DNA from: Verrucomicrobiota bacterium
Lineage (GTDB): Bacteria > Verrucomicrobiota > Verrucomicrobiia > CAIQCK01
Length of the DNA: 64,000 bases
Assembly: GCA_016222825.1 (NCBI GenBank)
Contig: JACRQF010000015.1
Location: 297,646-361,645, forward strand
Direction of reading: 5' to 3'
In this document: piece by piece, positions 19,508 through 29,381 of the stretch
How positions within the stretch are numbered: position 1 is the stretch's first letter
Layout: the number at the start of each line of letters is the position of its first letter
Program-made: the position numbers and the translations under genes
Notes under the pieces: model-generated
The model's database searches: none
The model's input: the letters and a program-made list of their open reading frames with translations, nothing else
Told to the model about the DNA's origin: nothing

Positions 19508-20743
19508 TCACCGACCAAACAAATTCACGAGTTCCGTGATGGCGATCCAACCGAAGAGTGCCAGCGCGACCACGAGCGCAATGTTGCGTGTCGCGTCGTT
19601 GCGCAACGAACCGATCCAATCGCGGCGGTTGTTGAGGTAAAGCAGCAACGCGGCCAGGAACGGCATGAAGAACGCCCCGATGACCGTGAAGAGCACCACC
19701 ATCGCCACCGGTTTCTCGGCAAACAGCAGCACCAGCGGCGGGCCGGCGAGAAAGAGCAGGTAGCCGCGATAGGCGCGCGTGGTCTTCAGGTCCACATCGC
19801 CCACGGCCGTGGCGCGCGAGCGTTGCGCCATGAAGTCGGCGAAGAGATACGGCACGCCCTGCCACACCGCGAGCATCGCGCCAAACACCGCGCACCAGAA
19901 GCCGATGAGAAACGCCCAGCGCCCCGCCGGCCCCAGCAACGCCTCCAGCCGCGACGCGACTTCCAGCGCCATGCCGCTGCCCTGCGTGACCGCCGCGCTG
20001 CAGCCCGCCGCGACCACGGTCAGCGCGAGTGCGAAGACCAGCGTTACCGCATACGCCAGCAACAGGTCTGCGCGCACGGTGCGCTGGCAGCCGACGCCGC
20101 TCCATGCGTTCTCGCGAATCCAGTAGCCGTAGCAAAGCATCGTCATACTGCCGCCGATTCCGCCGAAGATGCCGAGCACGGATTTGCCCGAGGCCGGCGG
20201 CAACTCAGGCCACGCGAGATGGCGCAGCAGTTCCCCGACATGCGGTTTCACCAACACCGCGCAGACCGCCACCGTCAACACCATCACGCCGACGAGCGCC
20301 TTCATCACACGCTCGAAGAACGTAAACCCACCCGCGAGCGCAAGCGCCGCCGCCGCTACAGAATGGATGATGCCCCACACCCACACAGGCCATTGCGGGA
20401 ACAGCGTGTGCCCGGCGAGGCCGCAGGCGTTGGTGAGCGAGCCGCCGACGAAGAACGTCCACAGCAGCAGGTAGAGGAAGAAGTAACCGCTCACCCATCG
20501 CGGCAGCCGTTGCGCGCACGCCTCGATGATCGTGCTGCCGGTGGCGAGCTGCCAGCGGGCCACGCCTTCGTTGAGGGCGAACTTCAACGCCACGCAGGCC
20601 GCCAGCGCCCAAGCGAGCCGCGTGCCGAACGTCGCTCCCGTCACCGTCGCCGTGATGACATCCCCCGCGCCGATGCCCGCCGCCGCCACGACCAAGCCCG
20701 GCCCCAAGGCCTTGAGCGGTGAGAGGAGGGTCAAGCGCGGCAT
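19508..20743 (-). CDS. polytopic membrane transporter, Nramp/MntH-like (tentative)
   Basis: 411-aa ORF with ~11 hydrophobic segments; N-terminal LGPGLVVAAAGIGAGDV resembles the Nramp signature region. Confidence 0.65.
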   Translation of the reverse strand: MPRLTLLSPLKALGPGLVVAAAGIGAGDVITATVTGATFGTRLAWALAACVALKFALNEGVARWQLATGSTIIEACAQRLPRWVSGYFFLYLLLWTFFVGGSLTNACGLAGHTLFPQWPVWVWGIIHSVAAAALALAGGFTFFERVMKALVGVMVLTVAVCAVLVKPHVGELLRHLAWPELPPASGKSVLGIFGGIGGSMTMLCYGYWIRENAWSGVGCQRTVRADLLLAYAVTLVFALALTVVAAGCSAAVTQGSGMALEVASRLEALLGPAGRWAFLIGFWCAVFGAMLAVWQGVPYLFADFMAQRSRATAVGDVDLKTTRAYRGYLLFLAGPPLVLLFAEKPVAMVVLFTVIGAFFMPFLAALLLYLNNRRDWIGSLRNDATRNIALVVALALFGWIAITELVNLFGR

Positions 20744-20992
20744 ATGATTTGTGTTCCGGCGTGTTTCGCGGAGCGAAGCTCAAGCTAGAGCGAGTTTTAG
20801 TTTCCGCGGCATTGTAGGCCGTCGTCGCCGCCACACAAGGGCGAAGTCCCCGCCGCCGCGTTGACGGCCGGGTTTGTTCTTGACGTGACTGCGCGGCGGG
20901 CGAGAATGGCGCGCGTTGACGGCCTTGATGAAGGCTAGGACTTGGACAGGCTTCTCATCGGCCTTCGGAACGTCAACAGAAGGAGCGCGAAC

Positions 20993-21694
20993 ATGTATAT
21001 GGGTCTTGCGGCGGCAATTATTCTTCTCCTGCTCGTGCCGGGGCTTTTGGGATGGATCATTCCCCTCGCGTTTGGGATCGGGCGCATCCGGAAAAAGACA
21101 GGCGGAGTGGTGCTGACGGTTGTGGGCGGAGTGTGGGGGCTGCTCGCCCTCTGTTTTGGCGGCTTGGTCGCGTGGTCCATCACGATGGGATTTCGCGCCA
21201 TGCAGGTCGAGGACTTCGACCCGGCGAAATTCCAGGGCAAGACCGGCAAGATCACCCTGGCCCACAAGGCGGAATCGGAGCTTGTTTTGATGAGCTTCGG
21301 CGGCATGGACACCAAACGGATGCGGTTCAAAACCCTCGACGGCGTCTTCTCGGTCCCCGAAGGGAAGTATTTTCCATTTGAGTTTGCGGCATTCGCTCGC
21401 GATCCGGCGGGCGCGAAGTGGAAGGCTACCTGCCAACTGTTCGGCGGGGCGAAGGATGAACTGTCTGTCAGCGCGGAGTCGTCGCAGGAACTCGCGGCCG
21501 GCCCTCCGTTCACGGCCAAGGTGAAGGTTTCCAAGCAGTCAGGAAATGAGGTCGCCTTTGACCTGAAGATCACGGGTCAAGGCGGCCACAATTATGCTTT
21601 TCAACGGACTGACGCGGCAGACACGCCACCAGGGTTTGAGGTCGTCGGTCCGGATGGCAAAGTGGTCCTGAAAGACAAGTTCCACTTTGGGTGA
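20993..21694 (+). CDS. membrane-anchored hypothetical protein
   Basis: ORF 20942..21694; ATG at 20993 is preceded by AGGAG 8 nt upstream; two N-terminal hydrophobic helices, then a soluble domain. Confidence 0.65.
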   Translation: MYMGLAAAIILLLLVPGLLGWIIPLAFGIGRIRKKTGGVVLTVVGGVWGLLALCFGGLVAWSITMGFRAMQVEDFDPAKFQGKTGKITLAHKAESELVLMSFGGMDTKRMRFKTLDGVFSVPEGKYFPFEFAAFARDPAGAKWKATCQLFGGAKDELSVSAESSQELAAGPPFTAKVKVSKQSGNEVAFDLKITGQGGHNYAFQRTDAADTPPGFEVVGPDGKVVLKDKFHFG

Positions 21695-21707
21695 GGGGGC
21701 ACATGCC

Positions 21708-21726
21708 GGTATTCCGGGCGAATACC
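21708..21726. terminator. short hairpin (GGTATTC-CGGGC-GAATACC) between convergent genes
   Basis: 7-bp perfect inverted repeat 14 nt after the stop of the 20993..21694 gene; no clear U-tract, so terminator function is uncertain. Confidence 0.3.
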
Positions 21727-21842
21727 AGAGAACGTCAAGGGCACGTTGGTCGCGCGGCCTGTGCTGGAGAAGAATCCGTTTCAAGTGACGATTGAAGAAA
21801 CGCGCTGGACCCAATGAACAACGAGGGAAAGGACTAGACAAC

Positions 21843-24800
21843 CTATCGCGGCAACGACGCGGTCCGCCGCGAGGCGCGCAAGGTCCGCAATCCCACAGCC
21901 GCTTGGTCCGCCACGAGCACGGCGGGATGCTCGTCGAGCACGCGGGTAAGCAGAGCTTCGATTCCCGGCGCGTGGGTTTCGGTCAGGCCGGCCAGCGCTC
22001 CAGTTCGCAGCCAGATGTTGTCGCTGGCCAACAGACGGCGCACTTCGGGATGCTCGATGTTTCGGGCGAGCCGGGCGATGGCCTTGGCTGCCGGATAGCC
22101 CAGCCCCATTCCCAACGGCCCGTGCATGCCGGGGAAGTTCTCCGCTTGGGCGTATCGCACCAGCGCCGGCAGCGCATCGGCCACGCCGCGTTGCGCAAGG
22201 GCCTCGCACGTCCAGTAAAACCCAACCGTCTCGGCGAGCTTGGCGTAGGCATCCAGTTTCTTTAGCAGCAGCGGATTCAAATCGGCGTGCTTGCCCGATA
22301 GCAGTTCCCGCAATGCGAGATAATTGGCAAACGGGTAAGGTGAATCAAGCAACCGCTGCAACATCGGCGGCGCAGCATCAGTATAGCGCGCCGACAACTC
22401 AACGACCGCGCGGTCTAGAGGGTGAATGCCAGTGACCATCATCCGCGTCGCGCCGGGCGCCTGGTTGTTCCCATTGTTCAGGTTGCGGTAGTGGTCCTTC
22501 TTGAGACCTTCGGCAATGTCGCGTTCGAGCGACGCGAGGCTTGGCGCTCCCGGCGATGCTCGATCCTGTCGCGTTTCCACGACTGGCCCCGGCCACTTCA
22601 GACCGCGCGGCGGATACCACGCTTCGTAGGGCATCGGCGGGGGCAGCTTGATTTCCGGCACGCGATGGCCGGCGATGCGCTGGGTTTGTTGGATGGACCG
22701 CAGCGACTCCAAAGCCTGGCGTCGCACCACGGAGATCGGGTCGCGAGTGGCGATCTCGACCAGCAGGTCAATCGCGTCGGTCTTGCCGCGGGTCCCGAGT
22801 CCCACCGCGAGTCCGTAGCGCACGTCGCGGTAGCGCGTTATTGGATCGGCGAATGTCCGCAACTGCGCCACGTCCGCTGCGTGCCGGGCGAGCGCCATGA
22901 CGAGGTAGCACTTGTCGCGGAAGTTCGTTTCGAACCGCCCTTTGCCGATGGACATGATCTCCTTGAAATCATAGGGCTTGGCAGCTTCCGTCCGCAGCGC
23001 CGCGGCGGTCTTGGGACCGAAACCGAGCCGGTGAAGGAGCACGGCCCCGTCAATCCGCTCCCGCCAATTCTTGCTGGCCAGACAGGGCGCGACCAGTTCG
23101 TCAGGCACTTCCGATTGCTCGACGGCGAGACAGCCCAAGAGCCAGAGCGCCTGCTCCGGCTCGATCCGCTTCACCACCGGGAACGGGTGGCCGTGTTCGC
23201 TAAACGGGCGCTCCAGATTGATGCCCTCGCGAAGTTTCACATAGAGCGGATCCTGCTCCGGCGCGGCGTCACCACGCAGCACGTCGGCCAGCAACGCGAC
23301 TGCGTGCCGCCGCAGCCCCGCACGTTCCAACAAGAGCCGCACCAGTAACACACGTTGCGACTCGGGCCGGAGGCGGTCCTCGTAGCGCGGCTTCTCCAGA
23401 AATGTGCCGGGCAACAAACCGATCAACAGCGGCACGTCCTTCAGCACGGGTTTCGCGCCAGCCAGAACGAGGCCATGCAACCAGGCGTATTCTTCCGGCC
23501 GCGGCCCGTGCTGGAAGTAGCGAGCCAAGTAGCTGGGCCGCTTGGGAACCATCTCGTGGACCATCCGCCACAACGCCTCGATTGCCTGCGGTGTTCCAAT
23601 GCAACCCAGCGCGAGCGCTGCTTCGAACGCGTGATCTTGATGCTCCGGCCGCGACAGCCACGGAATCAGCAGCGGCACTGACGACGCATCGCGCATCCAG
23701 CCCGCCGCGCGAACCGCGCCCAACGCGGGCGGACGACCCGCCATGTCATTTCGCTTCCCTTCCACCGGATCGAATTTGACAGGCGGCGGCATGGGAGCCT
23801 GCAACGCCGTGCGCACGACCTGCCGGGCCGAATCCAGCGCGGCTGTTCCCAAGCGCCCGACCGCTTCAAACCACCGGTCGTTCAGTTCGTCACCCGCCTT
23901 CTGCCCGTGGCCGCACAATGCCGTGGGGCCTTTGCCAATCAGCTTCGCCAGTCCCTCCGCGCCGCCTACATCCGCAAGCAGCTTCGCATAGAACTTCACT
24001 CCATCATGGAGTGGTACGCAGGCCGTGATCGTCTCCAACGCAGCCGCCGCATGGAACCGAACCTGCCAGTCCGAGTCTCCGAGAGCTTTGCAGAGCGCAA
24101 GCGCCGTCTCCGGCGTGCCGAGCCGTGTCAGCGCCAGCGCGGCGGCGCGACGCACCTCCACCGTCTCGTCCGCGAGCAACCGGGCGATGGCGCCGCCGTC
24201 TTGTCGCGCTCCATCCTCCATCGTCATCAGCGTCTCGCAGCCGAGCCGCCGCAATTCCGGGTCCGCGTTGCCCAACCACGGCCGATAAATGGACTCCTCA
24301 CCCACGCGGGCTTGGCAACGATATTCCTCAAGTTCGTTGCGGCGATAGAGAATGTCGGTCACGTCAAGCCCGACCTGGACAGGCTCGCGCACGACAGGTG
24401 AGTGCAAAGCCGTGTGCGCAGGCGCGTCGTCCTGCGGCGCGTGGCAGCCTTGGCACGACTTGGTCTCGCCGGGTCGCGACGTGACGTAGCTCATCTCCAT
24501 CACGTTCTGCCGCGAGCCGACGGGCGCCGACGTGACAGGGTAGTTCCAGTCGAACGCAATCCGCCGCTGTGCCGCGTCCAGCGGTTCCACGAACAAGCCC
24601 GTGTCCGCCGGCGCTTCAAAATACGCCGAGCCATCCGGGAGCACGGGCACGATGCCGAGACTGCGCGTCGCAAGGCTCGTGTGGCTCGCAGAAGTCACTG
24701 CGGTCGGCAACGCTTCGATCACGCGGTAGTAACGGACCTTGCCCAGCACCGCCGCGACGTGTGGATTGTCGGAGCGGCGCGCGTTGAAGATCGCCATGCG

Positions 24801-26051
24801 ACAGCGGCCGGTGACCTGCACGAGGCTGGAATCTTTCGCAGAATCCGAAAACCCGCCCTTTGGCGCGAGCATCGTCGGTCGGGGGCGCTCCAGCAAGATA
24901 GGCCGCGCATCAAACTCGACCGTGTCTGGCCGATTGAACACTAGTTTCACCTCGCGCGTTTTCGGATCGGCCACGTAGATGCCCAGATCGCGCGCGCCCG
25001 GCTGCGTCGCCGAGAACAGGAACCGCCCGTCCGGCAGCGGATACGGCGTGGTTCTCGATCCCAGCGGCGAGAGATGAACGCGATGGGTCGCACCGCCGAG
25101 TTGAATCGTGGTCGCGCATGGGAAGACCGGCGAGAGCGCCGCCGTCGGAGTGAGCCCGCGCCGCACGTCGAGGATACACGGCCCCAATTCCGACAGCACC
25201 AGCAACGTCCCGTCGGGCATCTCACCCGCCTGCGCGTAGGCCAGGCCGGAGTGCCGCTCGCGGTTGTAGAACCGATAGCCGCCGATGCCGAAATAGTGGC
25301 TCTCGTCGGTGCCGTCGGGCCGGATGGTCATCAGGTAGTTCTCGTGCTTGTCGAGCGGCGGGACGTTCAGATGAAACGTGTCCCACAGCGTGAACAGAAT
25401 ACGCCCGTCCCGCAGCACCGTCGGGTCGAACACCGTGCCGGGATTGAACGTGAGTTGCTGCATCCCCTTCCCGTCGCTGTCCATGATCCAGAGCGTCTCC
25501 GTCCGCTCCTCGTGGTATTCATCGAGATAGCCATTGCGGTCGCTGACGAAGACGATCCGCCCGTCCGGCAGATACACTCCCGAAACGTCGTTGAACGGCC
25601 CGTCGGTCAACTGCACGAGGTTCAGCCCGTCCGCGCCGATCTCGTAGAGATGAAACCAATCCTCTCCGTCGCGCCGCATGCTGAACAGAATCCTGCGCCC
25701 GTCATAGGACGGCTCCGGGTCGAAGACTTCACCCTCCGTCAAATGGGTGATGCGCCGCAGTGTGCCGTCCGGCTGCGCGGGGATGAGCGTGTAGAGATTG
25801 CGTCCGGACCGCGAAGGCGTCGTCGTCCGCTCCAACGGATGCAAAGTGGTCCCGCGGTGGAAAATGTAACCTTCCTTCCAATGCGCCGTCCCCGGCCGCC
25901 CTTCCCACAAATGATGCGGTCCCAGAATATCGTCCGACACAAAGACGATCCCCGGCAGCCGATCATCCGCCCGGCCGCAGATCGCGCAGGATAGCAACGC
26001 CACGAGCGCGAGAAATGCCTCGAACATGGCTCGTCTGGACATCGGCGGCAT
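21843..26051 (-). CDS. large multidomain protein: N-terminal beta-propeller, single c-type haem site (CxxCH), C-terminal HEAT repeats (PVC-type)
   Basis: ORF 21843..26099 (1418 aa); signal peptide from ATG at 26051 (or 26042); propeller-like repeats (YLPDGRIVFVSDRNG, RDGRILFTLWD); CQGCH haem-binding motif; multiple HEAT-like repeats (…EVRRAAALALTRLGTPETALALCKALGDSDWQVRFHAAAAL…). Confidence 0.8.
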   Translation of the reverse strand: MPPMSRRAMFEAFLALVALLSCAICGRADDRLPGIVFVSDDILGPHHLWEGRPGTAHWKEGYIFHRGTTLHPLERTTTPSRSGRNLYTLIPAQPDGTLRRITHLTEGEVFDPEPSYDGRRILFSMRRDGEDWFHLYEIGADGLNLVQLTDGPFNDVSGVYLPDGRIVFVSDRNGYLDEYHEERTETLWIMDSDGKGMQQLTFNPGTVFDPTVLRDGRILFTLWDTFHLNVPPLDKHENYLMTIRPDGTDESHYFGIGGYRFYNRERHSGLAYAQAGEMPDGTLLVLSELGPCILDVRRGLTPTAALSPVFPCATTIQLGGATHRVHLSPLGSRTTPYPLPDGRFLFSATQPGARDLGIYVADPKTREVKLVFNRPDTVEFDARPILLERPRPTMLAPKGGFSDSAKDSSLVQVTGRCRMAIFNARRSDNPHVAAVLGKVRYYRVIEALPTAVTSASHTSLATRSLGIVPVLPDGSAYFEAPADTGLFVEPLDAAQRRIAFDWNYPVTSAPVGSRQNVMEMSYVTSRPGETKSCQGCHAPQDDAPAHTALHSPVVREPVQVGLDVTDILYRRNELEEYRCQARVGEESIYRPWLGNADPELRRLGCETLMTMEDGARQDGGAIARLLADETVEVRRAAALALTRLGTPETALALCKALGDSDWQVRFHAAAALETITACVPLHDGVKFYAKLLADVGGAEGLAKLIGKGPTALCGHGQKAGDELNDRWFEAVGRLGTAALDSARQVVRTALQAPMPPPVKFDPVEGKRNDMAGRPPALGAVRAAGWMRDASSVPLLIPWLSRPEHQDHAFEAALALGCIGTPQAIEALWRMVHEMVPKRPSYLARYFQHGPRPEEYAWLHGLVLAGAKPVLKDVPLLIGLLPGTFLEKPRYEDRLRPESQRVLLVRLLLERAGLRRHAVALLADVLRGDAAPEQDPLYVKLREGINLERPFSEHGHPFPVVKRIEPEQALWLLGCLAVEQSEVPDELVAPCLASKNWRERIDGAVLLHRLGFGPKTAAALRTEAAKPYDFKEIMSIGKGRFETNFRDKCYLVMALARHAADVAQLRTFADPITRYRDVRYGLAVGLGTRGKTDAIDLLVEIATRDPISVVRRQALESLRSIQQTQRIAGHRVPEIKLPPPMPYEAWYPPRGLKWPGPVVETRQDRASPGAPSLASLERDIAEGLKKDHYRNLNNGNNQAPGATRMMVTGIHPLDRAVVELSARYTDAAPPMLQRLLDSPYPFANYLALRELLSGKHADLNPLLLKKLDAYAKLAETVGFYWTCEALAQRGVADALPALVRYAQAENFPGMHGPLGMGLGYPAAKAIARLARNIEHPEVRRLLASDNIWLRTGALAGLTETHAPGIEALLTRVLDEHPAVLVADQAAVGLRTLRASRRTASLPR

Positions 26052-26095
26052 TGTCGCTGCCTCTCCGCAGCGTGCAAGCGCAAAACCCTCTCCGA

Positions 26096-28042
26096 TCATT
26101 CTGACGCGGCGCCGGTGAGCGCAACTTGCGTCTTCAGTTTCAGCCGCTGCACCGGCTGGTCAGTGCGCAGGACGACGCACGCGTGCTGCGTGATCGTGTT
26201 GGGCGCGAGCGTCGCGTCGGGCATGGACTCGATGCGAGCCGCAACCGCTTGGTCTGCCAAGTAGGTGACTGACACGTCGCCAGCCGTGATCTGGCCCGCG
26301 CTGGCGCGACTTGGCGCTTCCGCCGGCACGCCGAGATGCCAGCGGAACTGCACGATGTCGGGCTGCTTCAACTCGACCTCGTCTTCGATGGTCACGGAGG
26401 TTTGGCTCCATTCCACGCGCCGCTTCCATTTGACGACTGACTCGTAGCAGCCGGACACGTCCACGGAAGCCGCACCGCCCGATTCGTCCATCCGCTCGAC
26501 GGTGATCGGAGCCACGCGCCGCTCCTTCGTGAGCACTTGGCCCGCTTGCTTCAACACGGCAGGCGTGAGCTTCTCCAGGGCGGCGTCGCCGACCTGCAAC
26601 ACGTTATGGCCGGCGATGCTGCGCAAGTGCGTGGCGTTGTTCGGCACGGCGTAGTTGAGCGTGCCGGCCTCGATCAGCAACGCGCGCCGGCCGATGATGA
26701 AGTTCACATGGCCGCGGTCCATGTGATCGTGAAAATCCGTCGCATGGCCGCCGCGCAGCCAGAGGCCGGCCGCCGTGTCGTCGTCCCAACTGCTGCGCCA
26801 GTTCAGCCGCGCCGCCTTCGCGTAGTTCGCAAACAGCGGCGGCGCGCCCGCCCGCGAGGCCGGCATGTTCGCGGCGAGAATCGCGTCGAGCGTTTCGCCG
26901 AACCTGGCGCGCGTGCGCAGTCCCCACAGTGCGTGCGGACTGCCAGTCACGAAAGCTGCGGTCGCGAGAAGGTTCCGGTCGCGCGTGAGGTTTCCCCTCG
27001 AGCTGCCCGGCGCGTCGAACGCGTTGATCAGAAATCCGCCGGGCTGGAAATGATGGACAAGCCACGTCGGGAACTTCTGTAGGAATGGATGCGCCAGCAG
27101 CCGATTGTCACTTGTCCGCGCCGTCGCGCGCGCGATGGAGTAGAGGCTCTCCAGTGACAGACCGGAATAACGCAGTCCTTCGACGAACTCGCCATCGCTG
27201 CCTTGCACATCCATGGACCGGAGCAGCCGCGCAATCCCGGCCTCGCAGGTTTCGCGATGCCGGTCCACGCCGAGAAACAGGCAGGCTCGGACGAGAGCTT
27301 CGTTCGGCAGAATCCACTGATTGCTGTGCGCGGCCTCGCTGCGGACATACCACGGCCGCTTCGTCGCCCAATCCTTCTCCATCAAGGCCAGTTCGTCGGC
27401 CAGCCGCGATTCCAGTGCCGCGCGCAGGTCCGGCGAAATCGTGCCGGGCGGGAGCAGATCCACCGTGTCCGCAATCACCCGCACCAGCCAGCCGGTGCCG
27501 AGCCACGCGCCGTCGTCGCCCTTGTAGTGGGGCTTCGCATTGTTCAACGACCAGCCGCGCCGTTCCAGCGGAGACCACGCCGCCAACTCGGCGAGTTGCG
27601 CGCGGACGCGCTCGAACAACGCCGCATCGCCCGTCAGCGTGGCCGCCGCCGCAAGACGCGGAAGCTCGACCTTGAGCAAAGCGCCCGCATAGTTGTCGCC
27701 CTGCGAGAGGCAGAATATCTCCCACTCCTTGTCGGGAAGCGCCGACATCTGCGGTGGGCGCGTCTTGTATTTCAGCGTCACCCGCCACTTCCGCAGCTCC
27801 TCAAGCGTTTGCGGCCGGCGGAGCACCGGCTTGGCCGCGTCGTGTCTTGCCCCCGCGATGAGCTTCGCGCGCGCGCCCGCAAGCGCGGAATTGGTGGCAA
27901 CTGCCGAGAGAAGCTGTCTCAGCGGCGCGCGAGCAAGCTCATCGGGGGCGCGGTTGTCCGCTCTCGCGCATGAGCAGAACGCGACCGCGAGCGCCAGCAG
28001 CGAGGATGGCGCCCGCGGCAGATTCAGTCTGGGGATTGTCAT
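26096..28042 (-). CDS. heparinase II/III-like protein (polysaccharide lyase-like)
   Basis: ORF 26096..28096; ATG at 28042 gives signal peptide MTIPRLNLPRAPSSLLALAVAFCSCARA; C-terminal GGHATDFHDHMDRGHVNFI segment is typical of the heparinase II/III C-terminal domain. Confidence 0.75.
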   Translation of the reverse strand: MTIPRLNLPRAPSSLLALAVAFCSCARADNRAPDELARAPLRQLLSAVATNSALAGARAKLIAGARHDAAKPVLRRPQTLEELRKWRVTLKYKTRPPQMSALPDKEWEIFCLSQGDNYAGALLKVELPRLAAAATLTGDAALFERVRAQLAELAAWSPLERRGWSLNNAKPHYKGDDGAWLGTGWLVRVIADTVDLLPPGTISPDLRAALESRLADELALMEKDWATKRPWYVRSEAAHSNQWILPNEALVRACLFLGVDRHRETCEAGIARLLRSMDVQGSDGEFVEGLRYSGLSLESLYSIARATARTSDNRLLAHPFLQKFPTWLVHHFQPGGFLINAFDAPGSSRGNLTRDRNLLATAAFVTGSPHALWGLRTRARFGETLDAILAANMPASRAGAPPLFANYAKAARLNWRSSWDDDTAAGLWLRGGHATDFHDHMDRGHVNFIIGRRALLIEAGTLNYAVPNNATHLRSIAGHNVLQVGDAALEKLTPAVLKQAGQVLTKERRVAPITVERMDESGGAASVDVSGCYESVVKWKRRVEWSQTSVTIEDEVELKQPDIVQFRWHLGVPAEAPSRASAGQITAGDVSVTYLADQAVAARIESMPDATLAPNTITQHACVVLRTDQPVQRLKLKTQVALTGAASE

Positions 28043-28332
28043 TGTTCCATTCCGTCTGCGTCGCCGGCAGGGCTGCGTCAAGGGCAGGAGAACCACGCGG
28101 CCGGCCAGTTCGCAGCCGGCTTGTGAACGCGGGTTGTTGGTTCGACGGCCATCATGCGCGGCACTTTAAGGTTTCGCGGCCGGAAAGACAACACCAGCGG
28201 CATTGGAGGGCGGGTTCGCGCCTGGAACAAATCGCAAGCCAAGACAGGGGCCGTGCTGTTCCACGTCCTCGGCGGCAACGACGTGGCAGGGAATCCAAAG
28301 ACCGTTTGAGAAGCTTCAGGACGGCTCGCCCA

Positions 28333-29250
28333 TCAAGCCACCGCGGTCTTGTTTCTGACCGTGGCGGTTGACTGTTCGGCAACGGCGATGTTTGGCGAAC
28401 GGCGCGCTTCTGGCAGACTGTCGAACCCTCCGACAGCACCGCAGGACTGCGCCGGCGCGTCGGGCGCAGCGCCGACGTGCAACGTCGGGTTGGGCGCGTC
28501 CTGCGAGGTGACGTGGACACGGACGTGGCGCGCGTCGGCGTTGTGGAGGGCGGCGGTCACGGCGCGGTGGGCCAGTTCGGGGCGGTTGCACTCGCGGCTG
28601 AGATGGCCGAGGAAGATGTGCCGCAGGCCGCCGCTTGCGAGCTGTGTGACGACTTCGGCGGCGGCCTCGTTGGATAGATGGCCGAAGCGTGAGAGAATGC
28701 GCTGCTTCAACGACCACGGGCGGCTGGCGTCCTGCAACATGCGCGGGTCGTGGTTGGTCTCCAGCATGAGGACGTTGGCGGGCCGAACGCGTTCGAGCAC
28801 CAGGCGCGTGCAGTGGCCCAAGTCGGTCAGCACACCGACGTTGCCGCACTCGTGCCGCAGCAGGAAACCGACCGGATCGTGCGCGTCGTGCGGCACGGTG
28901 AAGCTCTCCACCAGCACGTCGCCCAGTTCGAACGCGTGGCCGGTCTGAAACACGCGCCATTGTTTCAACTCCGGCATCTCCTCCTGCACGGCCTCGGCGG
29001 TGAGGCGGTTGGCATAGACGGGAATCTCGTAACGTTTGCAGAGCACGGGCAGTCCTTGCGTGTGGTCGTGGTGCTCGTGCGTCAGCAACACCGCGCTCAC
29101 CTCTTCGAGCTTGCGTCCGATGCTGGCGAGCCGCATCGCGATCTGTTTGCCGCTGAAGCCGGCATCAATGAGCAGCCGCAGCCGTGGCGTCTCGATGAAC
29201 GCGCAGTTGCCGGCCGACCCGCTGCCGAGGATGGTGATCGTTGCTGCCAC
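28333..29250 (-). CDS. MBL-fold metallo-hydrolase
   Basis: ORF 28333..30018; MBL core begins at GTG 29250 (MAATITILGSGSAGNC…LLTHEHHDHTQG…, HxHxDH motif). An alternative ATG start at 29364 would add 38 residues and lies inside the palindromic element. Confidence 0.7.
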   Translation of the reverse strand: MAATITILGSGSAGNCAFIETPRLRLLIDAGFSGKQIAMRLASIGRKLEEVSAVLLTHEHHDHTQGLPVLCKRYEIPVYANRLTAEAVQEEMPELKQWRVFQTGHAFELGDVLVESFTVPHDAHDPVGFLLRHECGNVGVLTDLGHCTRLVLERVRPANVLMLETNHDPRMLQDASRPWSLKQRILSRFGHLSNEAAAEVVTQLASGGLRHIFLGHLSRECNRPELAHRAVTAALHNADARHVRVHVTSQDAPNPTLHVGAAPDAPAQSCGAVGGFDSLPEARRSPNIAVAEQSTATVRNKTAVA

Positions 29251-29337
29251 AGCCGTTGAGCGTAGCGAGCCGAAGCGGCGGTCACAAGGAGGAAAGTGGA
29301 GGCGGAAAGAAGGTGACGCTTTGATGACGGATTTTTG

Positions 29338-29373
29338 GGGCAAAATCGTGATTTTGCCCTCCATGATTTTGCC
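29338..29373. promoter_or_regulatory. operator-like element: palindrome GGGCAAAATC-GT-GATTTTGCCC plus a third direct half-site GATTTTGCC
   Basis: Read directly: 10-bp perfect arms at 29338-29347 and 29350-29359, third half-site at 29365-29373; lies between the DUF4339 gene stop (29382) and the MBL hydrolase gene. Confidence 0.45.
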
Positions 29374-29381
29374 GTTCCCCG

